From Mycobacteriales bacterium (GTDB lineage: Bacteria; Actinomycetota; Actinomycetes; Mycobacteriales; Mycobacteriaceae), in assembly GCA_038198705.1 (NCBI GenBank), contig JBBPZN010000023.1, positions 4,269 through 68,268 of the forward strand: DNA of 64,000 nt. The letters run 5' to 3'. Position 1 is the stretch's first letter. Every line of letters begins with the position of its first letter. Shown piece by piece: positions 11,328-21,323 of this stretch. The notes under the pieces are model-generated. The model was not told the origin of the DNA. It worked only from the letters and a program-made list of their open reading frames with translations, and did not search any database. Position numbers and translations under genes: made by a program.

Positions 11328-12847
11328 CAAGCTCTGACCGCGACGTCCATCGGAAATCGAACTGCCGTGTCGCCGAAGAGAAGCCGTGTGGCACTGAGCG
11401 CGGCGTCTTCGATGTGCCGGCGAGCGCTCACACAATTGCGACTGTGAACGACTACCTCGTCGTGTTGAAAGAAGACGAGTTCGCCGGACCCCGGTTCGGC
11501 GGCCAGCCTCTTTCGCAACTCGGCCAACAGGCATACTGCCCATTCCGATGCGGTTGCCTGCACGAGAAAGTTTCGGGTGAAACGTCCACGCGCATGTGCG
11601 TCACCGTGCGCCCACCACTCGGCTGAGGGCTGCGGACACGCGCGCCCGAGCCATGAATGGACGACCTCCCCGCGTTCACCGCTCCGAGCGGCACGCTCGA
11701 CGTACTCGACGGCTTCGGGGAACCTGCGGCGTAGCAAGGTCAGAAGCGACCGAGACTCACCGGAGGTGGCGCCGTACAAGACCCCGAGGATTGCAACTTT
11801 CGCTTTGTTTCGGTCGCCGCCGAAGGCCGCCTGTGCGACGGGGGCATACAGATCTTCGGTACCGGCAGCCTCGGTCATGGCGGGGTCGGCCGACATCGCA
11901 GCCAATATTCGTGGCTCGAGCTGCCCGGCGTCGGCGATGACGAAAGCGTGGCCGGGCTCCGCTATTACGCTGCTACGCAGGGGCTTCGGGATTTGAAGTC
12001 CGCCACCGCCGCGACTGGCCCAGCGACCGGACACCACCGCACCGGGCACATAGACGGGGCGAAATCGGTCCTGCCGAACCCATGCCTGCGACCATGCCCA
12101 TCCGTTGGTACTGAACAACTTCGACAGATCCCGGTGACGGAGCAGCAGCGGAACTGCCGGATGATCGACGGCGCTGAGAACGTGGGCACGCGTCGAGGTC
12201 AGTTCTATGTCGTCCCGGGCAAAAGCGGCGATGACGTCCAGGTGTGAACTCGGATTGACTCTGCGGCCGAACACCGCGCTGATCTCGGATTCGAGCTCGA
12301 TGATCGAGGGCGGCAAGTCTCCGTCGCGAGGGCGCCGACCGAGCATCTCCTCGAGGTACCGGTGGTGCGCGTCGGCAGAAAATGGCAATCCGGCGTGGCT
12401 CATCTCCGCAGCGGCGAGTGCTCCGGCGGATTCTGCAGCGAACAGAAGGCGGAGGCCGGACGATGCCGCGCTCTCGGCTACGTGTCGACGATGCAATTCG
12501 AGGATCGATTCGGAGCTCGGATAAGCGTATGCGTCGAACAACCCCGGTCTGTCGTCTGCTGGTGTGGTCGTGAGTGGGGCGACCTCACCGCGGCGGACGG
12601 CGAGGATTCCTTCCGCGAGGGAAAGATCGTGACAGCGGTCGACGCGTATCCCTGCCTCCAGCAACGGGCCATAGGTGCGCGCAGTGGACTCCCAAATCCA
12701 CCTGGGGCGATCAGCGGACTCGATTCGGTACACGGCCTCAGCAAGATTGGTGCACTCTTCTCGCTGCCCGGACAGGCATCCGTCGTCGTCGGTGGGGAAG
12801 AGGTGATGAACGGTGCCCGTCGGCACTACGACAACTTTCACTCGCAT
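11306..12847 (-). CDS. Short family-A DNA polymerase (secondary PolA-like, about 513 aa)
   Basis: Motif A DAGQLEPR, motif B RNKAKVAILGVLYG, motif C QHDE, plus SGRWAS and NFLVQATA; start set at MRVKVVVVP because the longer ORF overlaps tRNA-Gln. Confidence 0.9.
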   Translation of the reverse strand: MRVKVVVVPTGTVHHLFPTDDDGCLSGQREECTNLAEAVYRIESADRPRWIWESTARTYGPLLEAGIRVDRCHDLSLAEGILAVRRGEVAPLTTTPADDRPGLFDAYAYPSSESILELHRRHVAESAASSGLRLLFAAESAGALAAAEMSHAGLPFSADAHHRYLEEMLGRRPRDGDLPPSIIELESEISAVFGRRVNPSSHLDVIAAFARDDIELTSTRAHVLSAVDHPAVPLLLRHRDLSKLFSTNGWAWSQAWVRQDRFRPVYVPGAVVSGRWASRGGGGLQIPKPLRSSVIAEPGHAFVIADAGQLEPRILAAMSADPAMTEAAGTEDLYAPVAQAAFGGDRNKAKVAILGVLYGATSGESRSLLTLLRRRFPEAVEYVERAARSGERGEVVHSWLGRACPQPSAEWWAHGDAHARGRFTRNFLVQATASEWAVCLLAELRKRLAAEPGSGELVFFQHDEVVVHSRNCVSARRHIEDAALSATRLLFGDTAVRFPMDVAVRACYADPEG

Positions 12848-12949
12848 CCACCGGCGCTGATCACAAGATCGAGTGTCCGCTAGGACCTTCGAGGTCGTCT
12901 TCGCGGGTCCAAAGGTCGCTGTAGTGCGTAGTTCGGGACTCTGACCAGC

Positions 12950-12984
12950 CGATTTGGAGAAACCCGGGTGTCCTTTGATAGTCT
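12950..12984 (+). promoter_or_regulatory. Putative promoter of the tRNA-Gln/Glu pair
   Basis: CGATTTGG upstream element and TAGTCT -10 at 12979-12984. Confidence 0.4.
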
Positions 12985-13042
12985 CTATCCCGGCCCAGAA
13001 CGCAGTGCGCATGTTGGTTGTGTGGACGTCGTCGAAGGTCAT

Positions 13043-13114
13043 TGGGGTATGGTGTAATTGGCAACACAGCGGTTTCTGGTACCGCCATTCTAGGTTCGAG
13101 TCCTGGTACCCCAG
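13043..13114 (+). tRNA. tRNA-Gln(CTG)
   Basis: Acceptor TGGGGTA/TACCCCA, anticodon arm GCGGT-TTCTGGT-ACCGC, T-loop GGTTCGAGTCC; CCA not encoded. Confidence 0.97.
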
Positions 13115-13236
13115 CAAGCGTTCGGCGGTGATTTTGTTGCCGAACGTCAGCCGGTTAAGCTGGCTAAGCTTTCATCTGGTTGTACACAGTTGAGTGTGAT
13201 TGTGACCGAAGTTTGGTTGCGTTCGAAGAAGTTCCT

Positions 13237-13309
13237 GGCCCCGTCGTCTAGCGGCCTAGGACGCCGCCCTCTCAAGGCGGTAGCGCGGGTTCGAATCCCG
13301 TCGGGGCTA
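13237..13309 (+). tRNA. tRNA-Glu(CTC)
   Basis: Acceptor GGCCCCG/CGGGGCT, anticodon arm CCGCC-CTCTCAA-GGCGG, T-loop GGTTCGAATCC; CCA not encoded. Confidence 0.97.
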
Positions 13310-13316
13310 CAACGAA

Positions 13317-13360
13317 GAAAAACACCCTCTCACCGGTTCGGTGAGAGGGTGTTTTCGTTC
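13317..13360. terminator. Intrinsic, probably bidirectional, terminator after tRNA-Glu
   Basis: AAAACACCCTCTCACC / GGTGAGAGGGTGTTTT perfect stem. Confidence 0.88.
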
Positions 13361-13387
13361 TGTGCAAGCGGGTCCGCGTCTACGAAT

Positions 13388-13555
13388 CTAGATGCTCTTG
13401 CGTCGGAACATCCGCTGATGATCTGCGGGCCCGTGGGCGTTGTTCACCTTCGGCCCACCATCCTTGTGCTCGACCGTGGTAGCCGACTTGTGATTCTTCT
13501 TTTCCAGGGCCTCGCGAAACTTCTTCTTCGTATCTTCTTTGCTGGGTTCTGTCAT
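13388..13555 (-). CDS. Small basic protein (DUF5302-like, 55 aa)
   Basis: MTEPSKEDTKKKFREALEKK...FRRKSI; SD GAGGAG upstream. Confidence 0.75.
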   Translation of the reverse strand: MTEPSKEDTKKKFREALEKKNHKSATTVEHKDGGPKVNNAHGPADHQRMFRRKSI

Positions 13556-13629
13556 GATCGCTCCTCGCACGTCGGTGACGAGAAAAAGGTACCGCAGAAT
13601 GAGAGCGGAGATTGACCCCTTTGCCCCTG

Positions 13630-14133
13630 CTACAGGTATTGGGCTGTGGATCCGCCCAGTGGAATGGCGGGCAGGCCGAGCTTGCGGTGATCCCAGGAGC
13701 GTGTGCGGTCGACGACGACCTTGACTGCAATGCGCTTCTTCATCATCTGCTGCACCATCGGAGCCACTTGTTCCGAATACGGCCCGGTGTACCGTTCCCA
13801 CACACTTATGCCGACTGCAGAGATCGACTCGGGGTCGTCGAGTATCTCCGCTCTCCCCTCGATGGCGATGCCGCGGAGAGTGTCATAGGTGTTGCCGTCC
13901 TCGACGAGCACCGTGATCCGTGAGTCACGACGAATGTTGACGGCCTTCTGAGACTTCGCCTTGGTCTCGAACCACACCTCGCCGTCGATGACGCCGTACC
14001 ACATTGCTACGAGGTGAGGCTGTCCATCGGCTCCGATAGTTGCGAGAGTTGCAACTCGGCTTCTCTCGATGAAGGTCGCGATGTCGACGTCGGTCATTGT
14101 TATCTGCGCGCGCTGATTAGTTCCCACGCTCAT
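13630..14133 (-). CDS. Pyridoxamine-5'-phosphate oxidase-like (PPOX class, likely F420-dependent) oxidoreductase
   Basis: ATLATIGADGQPHLVAMWY, SQKAVNIRRD, SWDHRKL. Confidence 0.88.
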   Translation of the reverse strand: MSVGTNQRAQITMTDVDIATFIERSRVATLATIGADGQPHLVAMWYGVIDGEVWFETKAKSQKAVNIRRDSRITVLVEDGNTYDTLRGIAIEGRAEILDDPESISAVGISVWERYTGPYSEQVAPMVQQMMKKRIAVKVVVDRTRSWDHRKLGLPAIPLGGSTAQYL

Positions 14134-14185
14134 TGCTTATCAGAGAACGGGGCATCGAGGATCGTAGATTCCGAATCTGTTCGTG

Positions 14186-14887
14186 TCAGAGCCGTTTGTG
14201 TATCGCCTCGGCGGCAGCGAGCAGATCTGCGGCCCAACGCGCACCGGGTCTACGGCCGATTCGGTCGATGGGTCCTGAGACCGATATAGCGGCGATGACA
14301 TTTCCTGCCGAATCCCGAACCGGGGCTGCGACGCTGGCGACTCCTGGCTCCCGTTCCCCGGCGCTCTGGGCCCAACCCCGCCTGCGGACTTCGATCAGCA
14401 CACGCTCCCCGAATTCTGCATCCGGCAGAACGATGCGTTGTGTCTGCGGATCGGCCCAAGCGAGCAGAACTTTGGCCCCCGAGCCTGCTGACATGGGAAG
14501 GCGGGCGCCGACGAGAACTGTGTCGCGCAGACCCGTCGGCGGCTCCATCGAGGCGACGCAGACCCGTACGGTGCCGTCGCGCCGGTAGATCTGCACGCTT
14601 TCGCCGGTGATTTCGCGCAGGCGCGGCAGGACGGATGCTGCTGCGTCGAGCAAGGTGTCGGTGGCACTGGCCGCGAGTTCGGCCAGGCCCGGCCCGGGCC
14701 GGAAGAGCCCGTGCGCGTCGCGCGCAACGAGCCTGTGGACTTCGAGGCCGACGGCCAGGCGATGTGCGGTGGCGCGAGGGAGCCCGGTTTTTATGCAGAG
14801 ATCACTCAGCGTGCACGGTTCCGCGGCAACCGCATGGAGAACCCCCATCGCTTTGTCCAGAACACCGATGCCGCTATGCTGTCTCAT
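14186..14887 (-). CDS. IclR-family regulator divergent from leuCD (LtbR/Rv2989/NdgR-type)
   Basis: SGIGVLDKA, HTH GLPRATAHRL, SVAAPV...AISVSGP; TAGTAT 6 nt before ATG suggests a leaderless start. Confidence 0.93.
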   Translation of the reverse strand: MRQHSGIGVLDKAMGVLHAVAAEPCTLSDLCIKTGLPRATAHRLAVGLEVHRLVARDAHGLFRPGPGLAELAASATDTLLDAAASVLPRLREITGESVQIYRRDGTVRVCVASMEPPTGLRDTVLVGARLPMSAGSGAKVLLAWADPQTQRIVLPDAEFGERVLIEVRRRGWAQSAGEREPGVASVAAPVRDSAGNVIAAISVSGPIDRIGRRPGARWAADLLAAAEAIHKRL

Positions 14888-14902
14888 AGACCGATACTAG
14901 CG

Positions 14903-14917
14903 TCTCGCATCGTGGGA
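14903..14917. promoter_or_regulatory. Candidate IclR operator in the iclR-leuC divergent region
   Basis: TCTCG-CATCG-TGGGA next to the iclR -10; weaker copy GCCCA-CGGCG-GGAGA at 14940-14954. Confidence 0.6.
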
Positions 14918-15039
14918 ATGCACATTTCGGAATGTGCCCGCCCACGGCGGGAGATACGTAATGTCGGTGGGATAGCGCGACGTGGGCCAGCCCGTAGTCC
15001 ACCGGCGCGACACACATCAGGAAAAGGTTGGTGGCAATG

Positions 15040-16464
15040 ATGGCCGGCACAGCACGCACTCTGGCAGAGAAGGTATGGGATCAGCACGTCGTCGTTCGAG
15101 GCGGCGGTGAAGGGGGCTCGCGGGAGCCCGATCTCATCTTCATCGATCTCCACCTCGTTCACGAAGTGACGAGTCCGCAAGCGTTCGACGGTCTCCGACT
15201 GGCCGACCGCCCGCTGCGTCGGCCGGATCTCACCATCGCAACCGAGGACCACAACGTCCCGACGGCCGATATCTTTGCGCCGATCGCGGATCTCGTCTCG
15301 CGTACCCAGGTCGACACTCTTCGGAGGAATTGCGAAGAATTCGGAGTTCGCCTGTACCCCATGGGCGATCTCGATCAAGGAATCGTGCACATCATCGGAC
15401 CTCAACTCGGTCTGACGCAGCCGGGTATGACAGTTGTCTGCGGAGACAGTCACACCTCCACCCACGGTGCATTCGGGGCGATCGCGATGGGAATCGGAAC
15501 CAGCGAGGTCGAGCATGTGATGGCGACGCAGACTCTGTCGCTGCGGCCGTTCAAGACGATGGCCATAACCGTGGACGGAGAATTGGCGCCCGGGGTGACG
15601 AGCAAGGATTTGATTCTGGCCGTCATCGCCAAGATCGGAACGGGTGGCGGGCAGGGATACATACTCGAATACCGTGGCGAAGCCATTCGCAAGCTTTCGA
15701 TGGAAGCTCGAATGACCATCTGCAACATGTCGATCGAGGCAGGTGCGCGTGCCGGGATGATCGCACCCGACGAGATCACCTACGAGTACATCAAGGGCCG
15801 GCCACATGCCCCGCAGGGAAGCGACTGGGACGCCGCTGTTTCGGCGTGGAAGGAACTCGCTACGGACGCGGACGCCGTCTTCGACAACGAAGTCCACATC
15901 GATGCTTCCAGTCTCACTCCGTTCGTCACGTGGGGCACGAACCCCGGTCAGGGTGCGCCACTGGCGGATCGGGTGCCTAACCCGGCCGACATGACCGACG
16001 AGGGAGAGAAGTTCTCGGCCGAGAAGGCGTTGGCGTACATGGGTCTCGAAGCGGGGACGCCACTTCGAGAGGTGTCGATCGACACAGTGTTCGTCGGTTC
16101 ATGCACGAACGGACGCATCGAAGATCTGCGTGCCGTCGCGGGAGTCCTGGAAGGACGGACGGTGGCAAAGGGAGTGCGCATGCTCGTGGTACCCGGATCG
16201 ATGCGGGTTCGCGCCCAAGCCGAAAAAGAAGGTCTCGGCGACATCTTCACTGCCGCAGGAGCCGAGTGGCGCCAAGCCGGATGCTCGATGTGCCTGGGAA
16301 TGAACCCCGATCGATTGGCCGTAGGGGAGCGATCGGCGTCGACATCCAATCGAAATTTCGAGGGTCGGCAGGGCAAAGGCAGCCGTACGCACCTTGTCTC
16401 GCCATTGGTCGCGGCTGCCACCGCAGTCAGGGGAACGCTGTCGTCCCCGGCCGATCTTGATTAG
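15040..16464 (+). CDS. leuC: 3-isopropylmalate dehydratase large subunit
   Basis: [41 protein letters not shown]. Confidence 0.98.
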   Translation: MAGTARTLAEKVWDQHVVVRGGGEGGSREPDLIFIDLHLVHEVTSPQAFDGLRLADRPLRRPDLTIATEDHNVPTADIFAPIADLVSRTQVDTLRRNCEEFGVRLYPMGDLDQGIVHIIGPQLGLTQPGMTVVCGDSHTSTHGAFGAIAMGIGTSEVEHVMATQTLSLRPFKTMAITVDGELAPGVTSKDLILAVIAKIGTGGGQGYILEYRGEAIRKLSMEARMTICNMSIEAGARAGMIAPDEITYEYIKGRPHAPQGSDWDAAVSAWKELATDADAVFDNEVHIDASSLTPFVTWGTNPGQGAPLADRVPNPADMTDEGEKFSAEKALAYMGLEAGTPLREVSIDTVFVGSCTNGRIEDLRAVAGVLEGRTVAKGVRMLVVPGSMRVRAQAEKEGLGDIFTAAGAEWRQAGCSMCLGMNPDRLAVGERSASTSNRNFEGRQGKGSRTHLVSPLVAAATAVRGTLSSPADLD

Positions 16465-16515
16465 TTCCTTTACCCAAGCCGCCTGATCGTTCGTCAAACG
16501 TAGGAGATTTTTTCG

Positions 16516-17133
16516 ATGGAAGCCTTTATCCGCCACCAAGGAATCGGCGTGCCACTGCGCCGTTCGAATGTCGACACCGACCAAATCATTCCTGCGGAGT
16601 ACCTGAAGCGGGTGACGCGCACCGGTTTCGAGGACGGACTCTTCGCCGCATGGCGTAACGACCCGGAATTCATTCTCAATGTGAGTCCCTACGACCGAGG
16701 CTCGGTCCTGGTTGCCGGCCCCGACTTCGGAACCGGATCTTCCCGCGAGCATGCAGTGTGGGCGCTATCGGACTTCGGATTTCGGGTCGTGATCGCATCT
16801 CGCTTCGCCGACATCTTTCGTGGGAACGCTGGAAAGGCGGGGCTTCTCGCGGCAGAAGTCGAGCAGAGCGACGTCGAATTGATCTGGAAAGTCCTCGAGG
16901 AACAGCCCGGTCTGGAAATTCTTGTCGATCTCGAATCGAAGACCATAACGGCCGGAACACTGGTGGTGCGCTTTGCCATTGACGACTACACGAGATGGCG
17001 CCTGCTGGAAGGTCTGGACGACATCGGACTGACATTACGCCAGGTCGAGGCTATCTCCGAGTACGAAAAGTCAAGGCCTTCATGGAAACCTGCGACGCTT
17101 CCAGCACGTATCGAGGAACCTTTCGACGGGTGA
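16516..17133 (+). CDS. leuD: 3-isopropylmalate dehydratase small subunit
   Basis: [19 protein letters not shown]. Confidence 0.98.
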   Translation: MEAFIRHQGIGVPLRRSNVDTDQIIPAEYLKRVTRTGFEDGLFAAWRNDPEFILNVSPYDRGSVLVAGPDFGTGSSREHAVWALSDFGFRVVIASRFADIFRGNAGKAGLLAAEVEQSDVELIWKVLEEQPGLEILVDLESKTITAGTLVVRFAIDDYTRWRLLEGLDDIGLTLRQVEAISEYEKSRPSWKPATLPARIEEPFDG

Positions 17134-17281
17134 CGAGGGAAGGCTCCGACACGCTTTGTGGCCCTGTCACATTGCGCGACACCTGATGAGAAATGGCGTG
17201 GCGCATAGACTCTTGACGACTTGGGGTTTACCGTTGTAGTAGTCGGTCCGACGATGGACCACAATATTGCGGAGGAATTCC

Positions 17282-18001
17282 ATGAACAAGGCAGAGCTGA
17301 TTGACGCCCTGACCGAGAAGTTGGGGTCGGATAGGCGGAGCGCCACAGAGGCTGTCGAGAACATCGTCGACACCATCGTGCGTGCGGTCCATCGCGGCGA
17401 GAGCGTAACCATCACTGGTTTCGGCGTCTTCGAGCAGCGTCGTCGTGCGGCGCGTGTCGCCCGCAACCCGCGCACCGGCGAGACGGTTCGCGTCAAGCCG
17501 ACCAATGTCCCCGCATTCCGTCCGGGCGCTCAGTTCAAGGCAGTGATCGCCGGCGGACAGAAGCTTCCCGCAACCGGGCCCGCAGTAAAGCGTGGATCCG
17601 CTTCGGCGCCGGCCAAGAAGACTGCCGCAGCGAAGAAGACGGCCGCCAAGAAGGCCGCAGTCAAGACCACGGCAGTCAAGACCACGGCACGCAAGACCAC
17701 AGCCGCGGCCAAGAAGGCTGCACCGGTCAAGACCGTCGCAAAGAAGACAGCGCCGGCCAAGACCGTTGCGAAGAAGGCAGCTCCCGCCAAGACGGCGGCA
17801 CGTAAGACAGTGGCGAAGAAGGCTCCAGCGAAGGCGCCGGCCAAGAAGGCCACGACCACTGCTGCAGCGAAGAAGGCTCCGGCCAAGACTGCAGCGAAGA
17901 AGGCCACGACCACCGCTGCAGCGAAGAAGGCTCCGGCCAAGACTGCAGCGAAGAAGACGGCGGCAAAGAAGGCCCCGGCAAAGCGCGCAGCCCGCAAGTA
18001 G
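17282..18001 (+). CDS. hup: HU-family DNA-binding protein with Lys/Ala-rich tail (HupB type)
   Basis: [20 protein letters not shown]; PAKK repeats; SD GGAGG. Confidence 0.96.
   Translation: MNKAELIDALTEKLGSDRRSATEAVENIVDTIVRAVHRGESVTITGFGVFEQRRRAARVARNPRTGETVRVKPTNVPAFRPGAQFKAVIAGGQKLPATGPAVKRGSASAPAKKTAAAKKTAAKKAAVKTTAVKTTARKTTAAAKKAAPVKTVAKKTAPAKTVAKKAAPAKTAARKTVAKKAPAKAPAKKATTTAAAKKAPAKTAAKKATTTAAAKKAPAKTAAKKTAAKKAPAKRAARK
17843..17950 (+). repeat. 54-bp tandem duplication in the HupB tail ([18 protein letters not shown] x2)
   Basis: Two copies differing at one base. Confidence 0.85.
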
Positions 18002-18031
18002 GTTTCGATTCAGTAGTCGACGAGCGAACAC

Positions 18032-18070
18032 ACAGGGCCCCAGGCAGCTTCTGCTGGGGCCCTGTTTTTG
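18032..18070 (+). terminator. Intrinsic terminator after hup
   Basis: ACAGGGCCCCAG / CTGGGGCCCTGT followed by TTTT. Confidence 0.88.
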
Positions 18071-18090
18071 TGTGTGAAGATTTTACCGGT

Positions 18091-19026
18091 TCAGTCCTCG
18101 GCCGGAATCGCCGGCAATGGACTGGCAAGGTGGTCTGCGGCGATCAAACGACCATCGTGGAGCGAGAGTACCCAGACGCTGCCCTTGCGGTTTCGGTTCG
18201 GCGGGAGTTTCACGCCGTCGGCATCGGCCCACGACTGCAACAGATCCGGGATGACTTTCCCCTGGCTGCACACCGCTCGGACACCACCCGTCGACGCGAT
18301 CACCCGTGCACGGTCGCGCGCACCCGCAGGATCTTCCCAGTAGCCCTCCTCGGAGAGCAGCGGCTCCAGGGTGATCTCTTCGCCGAGCCGATCGGCCAAA
18401 GGTTGCACTGTTTGAACACAACGGCGCCTGTCGGCGGAGTGGACGCTGTCGGCTCCGAAGGCCAAGAGCTGAGCGACCAGCGCGTCGGCCTGAGATTGTC
18501 CGACCGTGTCCAGCGGCCGCAACGTGTCGTCGCCCTTGTATCGCGACCGTCGCCCGGCGCGCCCATGTCTGACGAGAAGGACGGTGTCGGTATCGGGCGG
18601 TTTCTCGAGAAATCTACGGAGAATCTTCCGATCCATCGGGTACGACAACTCCTCCGATGCCTCGGTCGGTGAGACCCAGCGGAGTTCGTCGACTTCGTCG
18701 TTCGGTTCGAACTTGCCGTCGTAGGCTTCGGCCGCCCAGTAGTCGACCTTTTTTATCCGTCTATGCCCAGGAACGGGATACGTGACCTTGGACAGGTATC
18801 GACCCAAGCGTGCGGCGAACCCGGTCTCCTCCTCGACTTCTCGGACGGCCGCCACCACCGCAGTCTCTCCTGGGTCGATCTTTCCTTTCGGAAAAGACCA
18901 GTCGTCGTACTTCGGCCGGTGAACCAGTGCGACGTTGAGCTCCCCGTTGACCCCCTGAGGTTTCTGCCATAGAACCGCCCCGGCGGCAAAGATGTTGGCA
19001 GGCAGTGGCGTGCTGCGGCTTGCCAT
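18091..19026 (-). CDS. mutT1: NUDIX hydrolase fused to a histidine-phosphatase domain
   Basis: Nudix box GKIDPGET...AVREVEEETG; C-terminal LVRHG. Confidence 0.92.
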   Translation of the reverse strand: MASRSTPLPANIFAAGAVLWQKPQGVNGELNVALVHRPKYDDWSFPKGKIDPGETAVVAAVREVEEETGFAARLGRYLSKVTYPVPGHRRIKKVDYWAAEAYDGKFEPNDEVDELRWVSPTEASEELSYPMDRKILRRFLEKPPDTDTVLLVRHGRAGRRSRYKGDDTLRPLDTVGQSQADALVAQLLAFGADSVHSADRRRCVQTVQPLADRLGEEITLEPLLSEEGYWEDPAGARDRARVIASTGGVRAVCSQGKVIPDLLQSWADADGVKLPPNRNRKGSVWVLSLHDGRLIAADHLASPLPAIPAED

Positions 19027-21263
19027 TACGAAGCCTGGTTTCGACGACTACGCATCAATTCCTGTTGGTGTTCACGGACCTTCTCGCCTTGGGCGGGGGA
19101 TGCTGCCCAGCCGCCGTCCGCTCGCAGTTCCCAGCATCGAGTCGTCGGATCGAGGGCAGACTCGAAAATTTCGTCCAGCTGATGAGTGAGACGTGGATCC
19201 TTCACCTGCGCCATGACTTCGACGCGACGGTCGAGATTTCGGTGCATCATGTCTGCGCTTCCGATCCAGAACTCATCGGCACCCCGAAAATTGAGTACGC
19301 GCGAGTGCTCGAGGAATCGACCGAGAATGGACCGTACTTCGATGTTCTCACTCAGACCGGGTACGCCCGGCTTCAGTGCGCAGATTCCGCGTACGACAAC
19401 CTGAACCGAGACACCCGCCGCTGATGCGCGGTAGAGCGCATCGATGACTTGCTCGTCGACGAGGGCGTTGGCCTTGAGTCGAATTCCAGCCTCGCCGCCT
19501 GCCAGCTTGCGTTCGATTTCGCCTTCGATACGTTCCACGATGCCCCTGCGCACCCCGTAGGGAGCTACGAGGAGGTTGCGATAGCTGGTCTTTCGCGAGT
19601 ACCCCGTCAAAGAGTTGAACAGATCCGTGAGGTCGGCGCCGATCTCGGGCGAGGAGGTCAACAAGCCCACGTCCTCGTAGATTCGAGCGGTCTTCGGGTT
19701 GTAATTGCCGGTTCCGATGTGGCAGTACCGTCTGATCACAGAGCCTTCGCGGCGAACCACCAAGCATGTCTTGCAATGCGTTTTCAGTCCTACGAGTCCA
19801 TATACGACATGAACCCCTGCCTTTTCGAGCTTGCGCGCCCATTCGATGTTGGCTTGTTCGTCGAATCGCGCCTTGATCTCCACGAGTGCCACCACCTGCT
19901 TGCCTGCGCCTGCGGCATCGACGAGAGCGTTGACGATGGGGGAGTCGCCGGATGTTCGATACAGAGTCTGCTTGATGGCCAGAACCTGGGGGTCGGCCGC
20001 AGCTTGCTCGATGAAGCGCTGGACGCTGGTGGAGAAAGAATCGTAAGGGTGATGTACCAGTACGTCCCCGTCGCGAAGGGTGGAGAAGACGCTCTTGGGT
20101 GTTTCACGTTCCCCGAACGCCGGATGCGTTGCAGGGACGAACGGTGCATCCTTGAGGTTCGGCCGGTCCACGCCGTACACCTGCCACAGGCACGAAAGGT
20201 CCAGCAACCCTGGAACCTGGATCACGTCACCGGGGTCGACGTCCAACTCGCGCAGCAGCAACTCGAGCATGTGCTCGGTCATGTCGTCCGCGATCTCGAG
20301 TCGAACCGGAGAGCCGAATCTGCGACGCGCGAGTTCGCGCTCCAGTGCTTGGAGAAGATCCTCGTCGCGATCTTCCTCCACCTCGAAGTCGGCATTGCGA
20401 GTGATGCGGAAGGCATGGCTTTCCACCACGTCCATGCCGGGGAAGAGCACATCGAGATGCGCGGAGATCACTTCCTCCATCGACAGAAACGCATCGATGC
20501 GATGGCTGCCGTCGCCGCGTTTGACTCGGACGAAACGATCGACATTGTCCGGTACCTTGACGCGTGCGAAGTGCTCACCCGAGGTGGCGTAATCCTTCAC
20601 TGTGACAGCAAGATTGAGGCTCAATCCGCTGATGTAGGGGAACGGGTGAGCCGGGTCGACGGCGAGCGGGGTGAGAACCGGAAACACTTGTTCGTGGAAG
20701 TAACCGGACAGACGTTCCCTCTCATCCGCATCGAGATCGGACCAGCGGATGATCGCAATGCCCTCGGAAGTCAGTTCGGGGAGTATGGCGTCGAGGAGGA
20801 CGCGAGCATGACGGTGTGCGAGCTGTTGAGTGCGCTCACCGATCAGAGCCAATTGTTCGCGCGGTGTGAGACCGTCCGCGGAGCGGACCGACAACCCTGT
20901 CTCGTCGCGGCGCTTCAGCCCTGCCACTCGCACCATGTAGAACTCGTCCAAATTGGATGCGAAGATGGCGAGGAACTTGGCCCGCTCCAGGAGTGGGAGA
21001 GATGAATCCTCCGCGAGCGCCAGGACGCGGGAGTTGAAGTCGAGCCAGCTCAATTCCCGGTTCAGGTACCGGTTCTCGGGCAGTGCGTCCGCGGCGTCCA
21101 GAGAATCGAGTGCAGTAGTCGCGGGAAGCGATGTGGGATTTCCTGGCGTCGGGTTCGTCGGCGGTGCACTCGACTGCACTGTGTCGGTGCTGCCGTCGGA
21201 CTCTGACGATCCGGCGGCGGCGGCTGGTCCTTCACTGTTGCTCACCGTCCGATCATCCCCCAT
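19026..21263 (-). CDS. ppk1: Polyphosphate kinase 1
   Basis: [34 protein letters not shown]; TAATG coupling to mutT1. Confidence 0.97.
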   Translation of the reverse strand: MGDDRTVSNSEGPAAAAGSSESDGSTDTVQSSAPPTNPTPGNPTSLPATTALDSLDAADALPENRYLNRELSWLDFNSRVLALAEDSSLPLLERAKFLAIFASNLDEFYMVRVAGLKRRDETGLSVRSADGLTPREQLALIGERTQQLAHRHARVLLDAILPELTSEGIAIIRWSDLDADERERLSGYFHEQVFPVLTPLAVDPAHPFPYISGLSLNLAVTVKDYATSGEHFARVKVPDNVDRFVRVKRGDGSHRIDAFLSMEEVISAHLDVLFPGMDVVESHAFRITRNADFEVEEDRDEDLLQALERELARRRFGSPVRLEIADDMTEHMLELLLRELDVDPGDVIQVPGLLDLSCLWQVYGVDRPNLKDAPFVPATHPAFGERETPKSVFSTLRDGDVLVHHPYDSFSTSVQRFIEQAAADPQVLAIKQTLYRTSGDSPIVNALVDAAGAGKQVVALVEIKARFDEQANIEWARKLEKAGVHVVYGLVGLKTHCKTCLVVRREGSVIRRYCHIGTGNYNPKTARIYEDVGLLTSSPEIGADLTDLFNSLTGYSRKTSYRNLLVAPYGVRRGIVERIEGEIERKLAGGEAGIRLKANALVDEQVIDALYRASAAGVSVQVVVRGICALKPGVPGLSENIEVRSILGRFLEHSRVLNFRGADEFWIGSADMMHRNLDRRVEVMAQVKDPRLTHQLDEIFESALDPTTRCWELRADGGWAASPAQGEKVREHQQELMRSRRNQAS

Positions 21264-21323
21264 TCGGGTGGACTGTGAAACTCGGATCGGTGAATTGTCC
21301 GGGTCAACTTCGTCGGCGATACG

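Noticed and set aside
12848-13117. N-terminal 90 aa of the 603-aa polymerase ORF
   Set aside because: Antisense to tRNA-Gln and its promoter; low plausibility as coding
6661-13350. Shared CCTCTCAC/GTGAGAGG core in two terminators (6663 and 13326) as a REP-like family
   Set aside because: Only two copies of 8 bp with different loops and flanks; insufficient evidence
13043-13360. tRNA pair as an integration site for a prophage or ICE
   Set aside because: No integrase, no duplicated tRNA 3' end seen, and core genes resume right after the terminator
17213-17240. TTGACG as the hup -35 element
   Set aside because: No TANNNT at 16-19 nt spacing; the nearest TACCGT is only 10 nt away
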